This document shows positions 26,318 to 33,465 of a DNA stretch of 33,465 nt, piece by piece; the stretch's first letter is position 1, and the number at the start of each line of letters is the position of its first letter. The notes beneath the pieces were generated by a model. The model saw nothing but the letters and a program-made list of their open reading frames with translations. It was not told the origin of the DNA and searched no databases. Source of the DNA: a virus (lineage: Duplodnaviria; Caudoviricetes). The stretch is from IMG/VR virus record IMGVR_UViG_3300048855_000197, positions 1 to 33,465 of that record. One strand, given 5' to 3'. A program made the translations under genes and the position numbers.

Positions 26318-26599
26318 CTACTCGTATTTTCCTTCTGCAACTTCGATGCAGGCAGTGACCTTGGCATCGAAATAGGCGAGAGCAGCGGCTCTTTTGTCGG
26401 CGGGCAGCATCGGAAGCGCGAATGGCGCGGTTCTCCCCAACGCGAGGGCGGCGCCACAAGCGGTGTCCTCCTCTGCTTGTCGCGAACAAGCGTAGATGGC
26501 ATCCTCAAGCCGCGCGCTGTGCACCGCCGCTGAACAGGACCGAACGCCGTCGGCCAGGCTCGGTTCGGCCAGACCCGCTGCCAGGATCGTTAGAAACAT
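26318..26599 (-). CDS. small hypothetical exported protein
   Basis: Signal-peptide-like N-terminus (MFLTILAAGLAEPSLA), four Cys; start uncertain (26599 or 26608). Confidence 0.5.
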   Translation of the reverse strand: MFLTILAAGLAEPSLADGVRSCSAAVHSARLEDAIYACSRQAEEDTACGAALALGRTAPFALPMLPADKRAAALAYFDAKVTACIEVAEGKYE

Positions 26600-26688
26600 C
26601 GCGCGCACCAGAACAAGCCAAAGCTGAAGACGATTCGAGTCACATACTCCCGATCTGACCGGCTACGACGAGCGAAAGTAGTAGCAGT

Positions 26689-27120
26689 CTATTCTTCGTC
26701 AGCTTCTTGGCCACGGACGAGCAACCGTCCAATAAGATATTCTTGATCATCCACGATCGCAACCACGGTGAACTCGCAATCCTCTTCCACTTCAAGACCT
26801 TCAACGCCTGCGCTTGTTTGAAGAGACGCGAATGGATGTCCGCCTCGAAGTGCGCTGTCCACTAGGCCATCCATAAATTCGGAGGGCGCCGGATGGTCAA
26901 AAAGCTCTTCACCATCCAGCAGAAGCTTGAAGTCAAACTTCTTGGGCGCGGTTTCGAAGTTGAAATGGCCCAACACTGAAACAAGAAGCTTTGGAAAAGT
27001 GTGAGGAAGCTGAACCCGAAACACCTGGGTATAGATCCCCACCATTGTCTTGAATCCGCCCTCCTCCCTGCGGATATCACTGCAGAACGTGGCGGTTAGA
27101 CTTGCAGGAAGAACGTTCAT
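26689..27120 (-). CDS. DUF6941-like beta-sandwich protein
   Basis: FCSDIRREEGGFKTMVGIY..F...P..FPKLLV pattern; ATGA overlap with the HTH gene. Confidence 0.7.
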   Translation of the reverse strand: MNVLPASLTATFCSDIRREEGGFKTMVGIYTQVFRVQLPHTFPKLLVSVLGHFNFETAPKKFDFKLLLDGEELFDHPAPSEFMDGLVDSALRGGHPFASLQTSAGVEGLEVEEDCEFTVVAIVDDQEYLIGRLLVRGQEADEE

Positions 27121-27545
27121 GCCGCTTCGTACTCACCAGCAGCTACTTTGCGTTTCCCGCCTGTGGAAAACACCGTCGATTCCAGCTCAATCCAGGAACG
27201 AGCCATTTCACTTGGATGAGCAACATTAGCACAGCGCGTCACCGTACAACGCGGCTGTAGGTTTATTTCGATATCTGCATCTAGTCCCTCCGCTAGAAGA
27301 CCAAAGCCGCGGAAGCTAAGCTTGTACGGGCTGCTTATCCAGCGATGCACTTCTGCTCGTGATTTGCCTATCCGATTACCGAGCTGCTCAAGGGTCAGGT
27401 TTTCGCGAGCCTTACGTTCTTCGAACAGACAAACAAGAGCCGACCAAGCGCGATCTTTGGGGCGGAAGTCGGCGTCATCCAATTCATCCTCGTCAAGTTG
27501 ACCAAGGTCTTTTAGGTTTCGCCAATTTGCGATCTGCTTAAGCAT
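27117..27545 (-). CDS. XRE-family HTH protein, probable antitoxin
   Basis: LTLEQLGNRIGKSRAEVHRWISSPYKLSF...LAEGLDADIEINL; overlaps the upstream toxin-like gene. Confidence 0.78.
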   Translation of the reverse strand: MLKQIANWRNLKDLGQLDEDELDDADFRPKDRAWSALVCLFEERKARENLTLEQLGNRIGKSRAEVHRWISSPYKLSFRGFGLLAEGLDADIEINLQPRCTVTRCANVAHPSEMARSWIELESTVFSTGGKRKVAAGEYEAA

Positions 27546-28146
27546 GATCCGCGTCTCCGTTAAGGTATTCAGCCAGATGGTCCTGCGTGAGAACTGGCCA
27601 CGGGTCTGTCATGAATGGCTCGTCAGGGAAAAGATTTGCCCACCGATCCTGGCTGTCCACCATGGCCTGTCGCCAGCGCGTGTTCCCCGGCTCGTCATCG
27701 TCAGCCTCAAGCTCACCCCGCGCTTTGAACAAGGTTGCGACGAAGGCCCCAGGTAAAGCGAAATGACCCAACAGGCGCGTCTGCTCCACAGGCGGGCCAG
27801 ATCGGAATTCGAAAAACCCTTGCATGGCCGCATTGATCGACCCCGAACCGAGCTCCTTTATGTCATAGTTCAGATTCAAGGACTTACCGAGAAGGAAGCG
27901 TTCAAGCACCTGCCGCATCGCCGGACGTCTTGCCTTAGCAACATGAGGAGACATGCTCATCGTCGAGGGCCAAGGACGCTTTACGTAGGCGTCATAAATT
28001 TCCGGGATCATATAAAGGCATCTACACCCCGATCCTTTCACTAGATTCCTCGGCCACCACTCAATGAGAGTGCCTGCGTTGCGATGGCGTTCAAGGTCGT
28101 TCCATGTCAACATATTTGTAGACGAGCCGTACGTTTCAAGGGGCAT
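27538..28146 (-). CDS. putative RelE/HigB-superfamily toxin with extensions
   Basis: DIKELG....GFFEFRSGPPVEQTRLLGHF...FVATLFKAR resembles the RelE core (L..WEfR...RvfgxF). Confidence 0.6.
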   Translation of the reverse strand: MPLETYGSSTNMLTWNDLERHRNAGTLIEWWPRNLVKGSGCRCLYMIPEIYDAYVKRPWPSTMSMSPHVAKARRPAMRQVLERFLLGKSLNLNYDIKELGSGSINAAMQGFFEFRSGPPVEQTRLLGHFALPGAFVATLFKARGELEADDDEPGNTRWRQAMVDSQDRWANLFPDEPFMTDPWPVLTQDHLAEYLNGDADHA

Positions 28147-28210
28147 GAGCGTTCCACGAGTTCCGTGTCTCGGTCGCCGAGTGCGGTCTCACTCGCCATC
28201 CTCGGCCCGC

Positions 28211-29011
28211 TTATCGTGCCGCGCGACGCGCCGCCGCCTCAGCGGCAACTGCCTCCTCCATGCACTCAGCATAGCAAGCGGCCCACCGGTGCTCGTCCTC
28301 ACAGATCACGCCATCGGCGGCGATCACCCGCTGCACGTACTGCGACAGGACCGCCCGAGAGGTGCTGCTATGGGCGTATTGCCGGATGGAGCTTTCAAAC
28401 ACCTCGCCGTCGGGCGCGAGCCGCCGGGCGTGCGCGACAATGCGGTCGAGCGGCGGTGATCCTTCCCACTCTTTCCGCAGCCACAGCGAACAGATGAAAT
28501 CCTCGATCGTCTGGGTCTCCAGCGGATGCCATTGGCCGTCGCAGCGCGCCATGAACGCGAGCACGTTCAAGCCAGCGACGATCAGCGACTTACGCGGCGA
28601 TGTGGTGTCCCACATGTCCGCCAGCGGCTTGGCTGCGCTGACCGTGAAGCGCTCGAAATAGGTGCCATCGCCCAGCGACGCTCCCGTCTCCGCATCGCGA
28701 ACCTCCATGATCCGGTCGCAGCGGAAGAGCTTGTACCGCCTGGAGTTGCCGCAGATCGCGCCGACGGACGCGTTGCCGCCGATCGTTAGGTAGCGACGGC
28801 AGGTTATCAGACGCTCGGTGACCGCACCGTCTTTATCCGCATACTCGATGACGCACATGAACCCGGCAATCGCCTGCGGTTCGTCTGAACCTGCCGGCGC
28901 GTCGGGAAGTGTGTCGACGTCGTCGCAGTCCAGTAAGGCCGTGAGGCCCGGCGGCAGAACCGCCTCCTTAACAGCGAACTCCTGAAGTGCCCCCATGCTC
29001 CCCCCTATCAT
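28211..29011 (-). CDS. WYL-domain + TerB-like domain protein (start 29011 or 28996)
   Basis: IEYADKDGAVTERLI...GAICGNSRRYKLFRCDRIMEV (WYL); LAFMARCDGQWHPLE and VIAADGVICEDE (paired TerB DG..E motifs). Confidence 0.8.
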   Translation of the reverse strand: MIGGSMGALQEFAVKEAVLPPGLTALLDCDDVDTLPDAPAGSDEPQAIAGFMCVIEYADKDGAVTERLITCRRYLTIGGNASVGAICGNSRRYKLFRCDRIMEVRDAETGASLGDGTYFERFTVSAAKPLADMWDTTSPRKSLIVAGLNVLAFMARCDGQWHPLETQTIEDFICSLWLRKEWEGSPPLDRIVAHARRLAPDGEVFESSIRQYAHSSTSRAVLSQYVQRVIAADGVICEDEHRWAACYAECMEEAVAAEAAARRAAR

Positions 29012-29115
29012 CGTCCCTTGAAGCCCCCTGCTTCACCCCAGGACGTGTTCGAATATCAAACCGTGAGCAGCCAGTTCGCCGCCGCTTTCCTACATGCCCG
29101 CGCATGGCCATACGC

Positions 29116-29130
29116 GAACAGAACAGGAAC
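29116..29130. promoter_or_regulatory. alphaproteobacterial LexA (SOS) box
   Basis: GAAC-agaacag-GAAC = GAAC-N7-GAAC, in the non-coding gap between the cI 3' end and the WYL-TerB gene. Confidence 0.7.
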
Positions 29131-29146
29131 ATTCATCGAGTCTCTT

Positions 29147-29437
29147 TTGAACGAACCCGTCTTCCGAACCGCTCCGGGCTGCGAGCTTGCCTGCCCACGC
29201 TGCGAGGTCATGTGTGCGATCCTCGCTGGGACGCGGGATGATCTGTGGCGAGAGGTGGAGGCGCTACATCGGGAGCGCTCGCTAGCGCCGTCGCCTCGGG
29301 CGGAAGCGCGGTTGCAAGTCGCGCTAGGCCATTTGGAAGCCGCTGAGCGAGAATTCGCGCGAGTTCGTCCACGGGGGCCGTTCGATCGAGCGGCCGAAGC
29401 AGCCCTTCGAACATGCGCGCCAAAGCAGCCTCACTAG
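29147..29437 (+). CDS. putative SOS-controlled small Cys-rich protein (candidate antirepressor), antisense to the cI 3' end
   Basis: TTG 16 nt after the LexA box; CELACPRCEVMC then amphipathic helices (DLWREVEALHRE, ARLQVALGHLEAAEREF). Confidence 0.45.
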   Translation: MNEPVFRTAPGCELACPRCEVMCAILAGTRDDLWREVEALHRERSLAPSPRAEARLQVALGHLEAAEREFARVRPRGPFDRAAEAALRTCAPKQPH

Positions 29438-29708
29438 GCATGGCAACCTGCATGGTCACGTGCTGGATTGTGGGTGCAGGGGGCGGCGCAAGCGCACCCT
29501 CCTCCGGGTCGTCGATCTCGCCGAGTAGGTACTCCGGCGACGTGCGCAGCTCCCGTGCAAGCCGCATGAGGTGCGCCGTATTACGTGAGGTGCCCTTTAC
29601 GAGCTTGCCAACAGCTTGCTGTGAGATGCCCAATGCACGGCCAAGCGCAGCTTGGCTGATGCCCAGCGCCTGAATGCGCGCAGCGATGCGGTCTCCCTTT
29701 AGCACCAC
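29208..29708 (-). CDS. cI: prophage repressor, XRE HTH, lacking an S24 peptidase domain
   Basis: GDRIAARIQALGISQAALGRALGISQQAVGKLVKG...LARELRTSPEYLLGE; divergent from a cro-like gene. Confidence 0.85.
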   Translation of the reverse strand: MVLKGDRIAARIQALGISQAALGRALGISQQAVGKLVKGTSRNTAHLMRLARELRTSPEYLLGEIDDPEEGALAPPPAPTIQHVTMQVAMPSEAALARMFEGLLRPLDRTAPVDELARILAQRLPNGLARLATALPPEATALASAPDVAPPPLATDHPASQRGSHT

Positions 29709-29716
29709 TCCACCCT

Positions 29717-29777
29717 AAAACTGTGGTTGTTAGCGAAAAGGGAAATGTGGTTGTTGACCCGGCACAACTCTGGTTGT
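29717..29777. promoter_or_regulatory. three 14-bp operator sites of the cI/cro switch with divergent promoters
   Basis: AAAACTGTGGTTGT (29717-29730), GGAAATGTGGTTGT (29741-29754), ACAACTCTGGTTGT (29764-29777); TTGACC -35-like at 29754. Confidence 0.72.
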
Positions 29778-29789
29778 ACTTGCTGTGGT

Positions 29790-30092
29790 ATGGACGCGGA
29801 ACAGACACCAGCCCAAGCCTTGAGGGCCTCGGTCAGCAGCGCTGGCTCGCAATCCGCCCTCGCGCGGATCTGCGGCGTCACCCAAGCAGCCGTTTGGAAG
29901 TGGCTCGACGGCGGTAAGCATCTACCCGCTGAGCATGTCCTCAAGGTTGAGCAGCACACCGGCGTCTCACGCTACCTGCTTCGTCCCGACATCTATCCTG
30001 CGCCCGCTGTCACCGTGAGTAGTGACCTATCCGCTGAAGTGGCGTCCGTCGCATCGAATACGAGCGACGCTTTCGATCGGGACCGCGCGTGA
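29790..30092 (+). CDS. cro: Cro-like (YdaS-family) regulator
   Basis: AGSQSALARICGVTQAAVWKWL...LPAEHVLKVEQHTGVSRYLLRPDIYP. Confidence 0.9.
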   Translation: MDAEQTPAQALRASVSSAGSQSALARICGVTQAAVWKWLDGGKHLPAEHVLKVEQHTGVSRYLLRPDIYPAPAVTVSSDLSAEVASVASNTSDAFDRDRA

Positions 30093-30583
30093 CGTTGCCC
30101 CGCATCCCCGACACGGCCGCAGACGCCGTGCTGCAGATCGCTGGCCGCATCGGCTATCCGGCGGCGGCGGCGGTCGCTGGCCGCTCGGTAGCGTGCATCC
30201 GCGATTGGACGAACGAGGCGACGACCTCCTGCCCCAGCTTCGTCCAGGCGGTTGCCCTCGACGGCGCGTACCTCGCGGCCGGCGGCGAGAACGCGCCGCT
30301 GCACGACGCCTATGCGGCCCAGCTCAAGATCACGGTCGAGGATCGCACCGCATGCGCTCGCGCCCTCTCCAGCGAGGTGGCCACCGCCGCCCGCGAATGC
30401 GGCGACCTGATCGCTGCCAGTTTGTCGGTCTGCCAGGCCGGTCACAGCCCCAACGATGTGCAGCGCGCATTGCTCGAAGCCGACGAGGCCGAGACTGCCG
30501 TCGCAGCCATCAAGCGCCGGCTGTTCAGTTTCCTTAGGACCGGCGCGGGGCCGGTCGGGAAAGCCGGGGGTTCCCACCAATGA
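30089..30583 (+). CDS. CII-like phage regulatory protein
   Basis: Position after cro; N-terminal HTH-like AAAVAGRSVACIRDW and helical C-terminus ARECGDLIAA...EADEAE. Confidence 0.65.
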   Translation: MTLPRIPDTAADAVLQIAGRIGYPAAAAVAGRSVACIRDWTNEATTSCPSFVQAVALDGAYLAAGGENAPLHDAYAAQLKITVEDRTACARALSSEVATAARECGDLIAASLSVCQAGHSPNDVQRALLEADEAETAVAAIKRRLFSFLRTGAGPVGKAGGSHQ

Positions 30584-30915
30584 GTCGTACCGCGCGTCCG
30601 CGCCAGCCTTCCTTCGATTGCCCACACTGCCGATCACGCGCGATCGTGCGCAGCAGCGCGCAGGTTACCGCCCTCGTGCGCGAGCTGGACTATGCCTGCA
30701 CCAACCACTGCTGCGGCCACACCTTCGTCGCTCAGCTGGAGGCGGTTCGCACCATCGTGCCCAGCGCGATGCCGAGTGCGGCCATCCACCTGCCCTTCGG
30801 CAACCGCAACCTGGGGCCGAAACGGCTGCCGGTGCCCGCCAACGACGACACCCGTGTTCCGGCGAATGAGGACGGCCCCAGCGCCGCCCAGGCGCCCGAT
30901 CCCATGAGCGGCTGA
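30580..30915 (+). CDS. ogr: Ogr/Delta-like zinc-finger late activator
   Basis: CPHCRSRAIVRSS...RELDYACTNHCCGHTFVAQLEAVRTIVPS. Confidence 0.9.
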   Translation: MSRTARPRQPSFDCPHCRSRAIVRSSAQVTALVRELDYACTNHCCGHTFVAQLEAVRTIVPSAMPSAAIHLPFGNRNLGPKRLPVPANDDTRVPANEDGPSAAQAPDPMSG

Positions 30916-31028
30916 CCCGACGCGGCACCCGCCGCGCCCACGCTTCTCCCCGACTGCCCTGATCACCCGGCTTTGCACCCCGCTGCCGGCATCGCCCCCG
31001 CTTTGCCCTGTTCCCGAAAGGATGCCCC

Positions 31029-31490
31029 ATGCTGCACCGTCACGCCTTCGCCACGCCGCCGCGCAAGCGGTTCCTTCCCCGCATCCCCGACGCGCGGCCG
31101 CTGAGCCCCGAGGGTTATCTGCGCCTGCGCCGCAAGGCCGCCGGTCTGGAGATCCGCGACCTCGCCGCCCGCCTGAGCGACCTGCGCACCGCGTTGGTTG
31201 AGGCCGGCGAACTGCCCGCCGGCATGCTGACCGAGGGTGGTGACGTCGTCTCGATCCTGATCATGCTTGAGGCGCCGGGAGTCCGCGCCCGCATGCGGGA
31301 AACGCTGGACGCAATCGCCGCGGTGATGCCGTTCGATGCCGACGTCTATCAGCAGCTCGCCGGCGCGGACCCGCGCCGCCATCCGCGCGTCTGCCGGAGC
31401 TGCGGCACCTCGGCTCACGATCATGACATGACCAGCTGGGCGACGGCGACCAGCTGCACCCGCTGCGATCCCGCTGGGGAAGGCCTGTGA
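31029..31490 (+). CDS. XRE-like HTH protein with C-terminal Cys4 zinc motif
   Basis: YLRLRRKAAGLEIRDLAARL; CRSC...W....CTRC; RBS AAAGGA. Confidence 0.75.
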   Translation: MLHRHAFATPPRKRFLPRIPDARPLSPEGYLRLRRKAAGLEIRDLAARLSDLRTALVEAGELPAGMLTEGGDVVSILIMLEAPGVRARMRETLDAIAAVMPFDADVYQQLAGADPRRHPRVCRSCGTSAHDHDMTSWATATSCTRCDPAGEGL

Positions 31491-31633
31491 CCGCCCGCCG
31501 CGTCCTCAAGCGGCGGGAGATTACCCGCCGCACCCTGCGCGTCCTGGTCATCGCAGGCGGCATCGTCGTCGCGGTGCTCTGCATCCCGGCGCTGATCGTG
31601 AAGACCTTCGCCGATGCCAAGGGCCAGCGGTGA
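31487..31633 (+). CDS. small single-TM early protein (48 aa, not in the ORF track)
   Basis: GTGA overlap with the upstream stop; Arg-rich N-terminus then VLVIAGGIVVAVLCIPALIV. Confidence 0.6.
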   Translation: MTARRVLKRREITRRTLRVLVIAGGIVVAVLCIPALIVKTFADAKGQR

Positions 31634-31835
31634 TGCGAGCGCGCGCAAACCGACCAGCGCCGTTGCCAGCGGCGACCGCGCGGTCTTCCTCGGCCTCGGA
31701 CCAAACGGCGCACACTGCGACGTGCTCGCGGTACGCGGCCGGTTCGCCACCATGCGCGTTGACGGGCAGCGGCCCTTCCTCGCCCGCATCAGCGACTGCC
31801 ACCCGATCCCCCGCCGCCCCCCGCCCATGTGGTAA
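31614..31835 (+). CDS. small hypothetical early protein (SH3-like beta pattern)
   Basis: Frame with GC-rich third positions; GDRAVF...CDVLAVRGRFATMRVDG. Confidence 0.5.
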   Translation: MPRASGDASARKPTSAVASGDRAVFLGLGPNGAHCDVLAVRGRFATMRVDGQRPFLARISDCHPIPRRPPPMW

Positions 31836-31851
31836 AGCGAACGGAGGAACA

Positions 31852-32124
31852 CTGGCCGAGCCTAAAAACAGGCTCAGCATGGGCGAGCGCGCCCGCCGGA
31901 TCACGCTGCTGCGCGAAGCTGCCGAACTGTGCGGCACCGCCCGCGCTGCCGCTGCACTCGGCATCGAGCGCCGCTCGTTCCGCGCCAAGCTCGAAGCGTC
32001 CCGCGGCGTCGCGGTCGGCGACCTGCACGCAATAGCGGAAGCACTCGACCGGCACGCGGCCGCTGCCGCCGCGCACGCCGCCGCGATCCGCAACAACCTG
32101 TCAGAGAGAAAGTACGCCGCATGA
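31852..32124 (+). CDS. small HTH protein (start CTG 31852 or ATG 31879)
   Basis: GGAGGA upstream; LLREAAELCGTARAAAALGIERRSFRAKL; ATGA overlap with xis. Confidence 0.65.
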   Translation: MAEPKNRLSMGERARRITLLREAAELCGTARAAAALGIERRSFRAKLEASRGVAVGDLHAIAEALDRHAAAAAAHAAAIRNNLSERKYAA

Positions 32125-32375
32125 GCGCGGAATTCGACCCGCAGGCCCGCCTGCAGAGCAAGGCCAGCATCTGCGCCTATCTCGGCCACATCAGCACCGC
32201 GACCTACGACATCTGGGCGCAGAAGGGCCTGGTGCCCGGCCCCGTGCGCGGCACCAACCGCTACGACGTCCGCGCACACGACCAGCTGCTCGACCGGCAC
32301 GCGCGCCTGGACGCCGCGCCGTCCACACTCTCGCCGCTCGAGCAGTGGGAGGCGGAACATGCGCGTGCCGCTTAA
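32121..32375 (+). CDS. probable excisionase (winged HTH)
   Basis: SKASICAYLGHISTATYDIWAQKGLVPGPVRGTNRYD; overlaps the integrase start. Confidence 0.75.
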   Translation: MSAEFDPQARLQSKASICAYLGHISTATYDIWAQKGLVPGPVRGTNRYDVRAHDQLLDRHARLDAAPSTLSPLEQWEAEHARAA

Positions 32376-33465
32376 GGGGGTCTACGCCAGCAAGAAGAAA
32401 CTCGCCGATGGAACCCGCAGGACCTACTACTTCCTGCGCGGGTTCGGCGCCATCAAGCCACAGGAGGGCGACGAGGCCGAAGAGTTTGCGCCCGGCACCC
32501 CTGCGTTCATGCGGGCGTTCCACGCTGCGATCCAGGCGCCCCGCATCGCCCGGACCCACGGCACGCTGCAGGCGATCATCGATGGCTATCAGCGCTCGCC
32601 GCAGTACCTGAAGCTCGCCCCTCGCACGAAGCGCGACTACGATGGCGCGCTGCTCCGCATCGGTGAGCGGTTCGGCAACTACCCGCTGGCGGTGATCGAA
32701 GATCCGAAAATCCGGGTGCGCTTCCTCCAGTGGCGAGACGATCGCGCTAAGACCTCCGCGCGACAGGCGGACGCCGTGCTGGGCGTGCTGCGCATCATCC
32801 TCGAATGGGGGCGCGATCGTGGCCTGCTGATGCACAACCACGCGACACGGCCGAAAAAGGTCTACAAGGCCGATCGCGCGGACAAGCTCTGGCTCCCGCC
32901 CGACATCGCGGCGCTACAGGAAGCGGCCGAGCCTGAAATTAGGCTCGCCTTCGAACTGGCGCTGGGTACCGGCCAGCGCAAGGGCGACCTCCTGGCATTG
33001 CCGTGGACGGCCTATGACGGCCAACGCATCCGCCTGCGCCAGGCCAAGCGCAACCGCATGATCGACATGCCGGTCACTCAGTCGCTGAAGGCGCTGCTGG
33101 ACGCACAGCCGCGCGCCGCCAGGACGATCCTGACCCGCAACGGGAAGCCGTGGGGCAAGGTCAACTTCGACCACCGCTGGCGCGAGACGGTCGTCCGGGC
33201 AGGTCGCGACGGGCTCCACTTCCACGACCTGCGCGGCACCGCCTGCACGATCCTAGCGCAGGCCGGCGCAACGCCGTCCGAGATCGCCGCGATGCTTGGT
33301 TGGACCGTCTCGACGGTCGCCCGGATGCTCGATCTCTACCAGGCCATGACCGCGTCGCTGAGCGATTCTGCGGTCGCAAAACTCGAAGCGCGCAACGCGC
33401 AGTTGCGGAACGAGGTGCGGAACGCGCCCGAAGCGCACACCGAAAAAGGGGAAGAAAGTGAATAA
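32359..33465 (+). CDS. int: tyrosine recombinase / phage integrase
   Basis: TGQRKGDLL (R), RQAK (K), HFHDLRGT (HxxR), LGW, LDLY (Y). Confidence 0.96.
   Translation: MRVPLKGVYASKKKLADGTRRTYYFLRGFGAIKPQEGDEAEEFAPGTPAFMRAFHAAIQAPRIARTHGTLQAIIDGYQRSPQYLKLAPRTKRDYDGALLRIGERFGNYPLAVIEDPKIRVRFLQWRDDRAKTSARQADAVLGVLRIILEWGRDRGLLMHNHATRPKKVYKADRADKLWLPPDIAALQEAAEPEIRLAFELALGTGQRKGDLLALPWTAYDGQRIRLRQAKRNRMIDMPVTQSLKALLDAQPRAARTILTRNGKPWGKVNFDHRWRETVVRAGRDGLHFHDLRGTACTILAQAGATPSEIAAMLGWTVSTVARMLDLYQAMTASLSDSAVAKLEARNAQLRNEVRNAPEAHTEKGEESE
33404..33424 (+). repeat. 9-bp direct repeat, probable integrase arm-type sites
   Basis: TGCGGAACG at 33404-33412 and 33416-33424, in the non-conserved integrase tail. 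Confidence 0.45.

Larger units (their letters stand above)
2148..33465. mobile_element. P2-like (Peduoviridae-type structural module) prophage, probably defective; left boundary uncertain and may include 1-1929
   Basis: Contiguous Q,P / O,N,M,L,X, lysis, R,S, J,I,H, V,W,FI, T,U,D homologues plus repressor, cro, ogr-like, xis and integrase. Confidence 0.95.

Noticed and set aside
28087-28166. GTTC...GTTC pairs near the toxin start as LexA boxes
   Set aside because: Spacers are 6 and 5 nt rather than the required 7
31630-31851. N-terminal half of the 164-aa ORF 31630-32124
   Set aside because: Low-complexity and out of phase with GC3; the 31614-31835 frame and a separate start near 31852 fit better

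Overview
The window is almost entirely one integrated temperate myophage of the P2-like structural type in a high-GC alphaproteobacterium (probably Sphingomonadaceae; this host call is inference). Left to right it holds: an AT-richer three-gene cargo operon (1-1929); a DNA adenine methyltransferase; portal Q and terminase P; the head genes O-N-M-L; tail X; holin, endolysin and spanins; R and S; a two-gene moron; J-I-H plus a tailspike; V-W; a truncated sheath; tape measure, U and D; a six-gene leftward cargo block (25075-29011); a lambdoid cI/cro/cII-like switch; an ogr-like activator; small early genes; xis and a tyrosine integrase. The prophage looks defective. The sheath C-terminus, tail tube and gpE are deleted at about 20916, and no replication gene or clear cos site is visible. 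The most notable observations are: (1) an alphaproteobacterial LexA box in front of a hidden Cys-rich ORF antisense to the 3' end of a protease-less cI, a candidate antirepressor; (2) a WYL-like domain inserted into the tail-completion protein S; (3) a membrane protein and an FlgT-C-like protein sharing a paralogous motif, plus a HEPN-like gene, as a candidate defence operon; (4) a WYL-TerB gene followed by a RelE-like/HTH/DUF6941-like triad downstream of cI; (5) two enzyme-plus-lipoprotein pairs that resemble toxin/immunity modules; (6) a 29-bp palindrome in front of each late operon. All family assignments come from motifs recognised by eye. No database searches were run.
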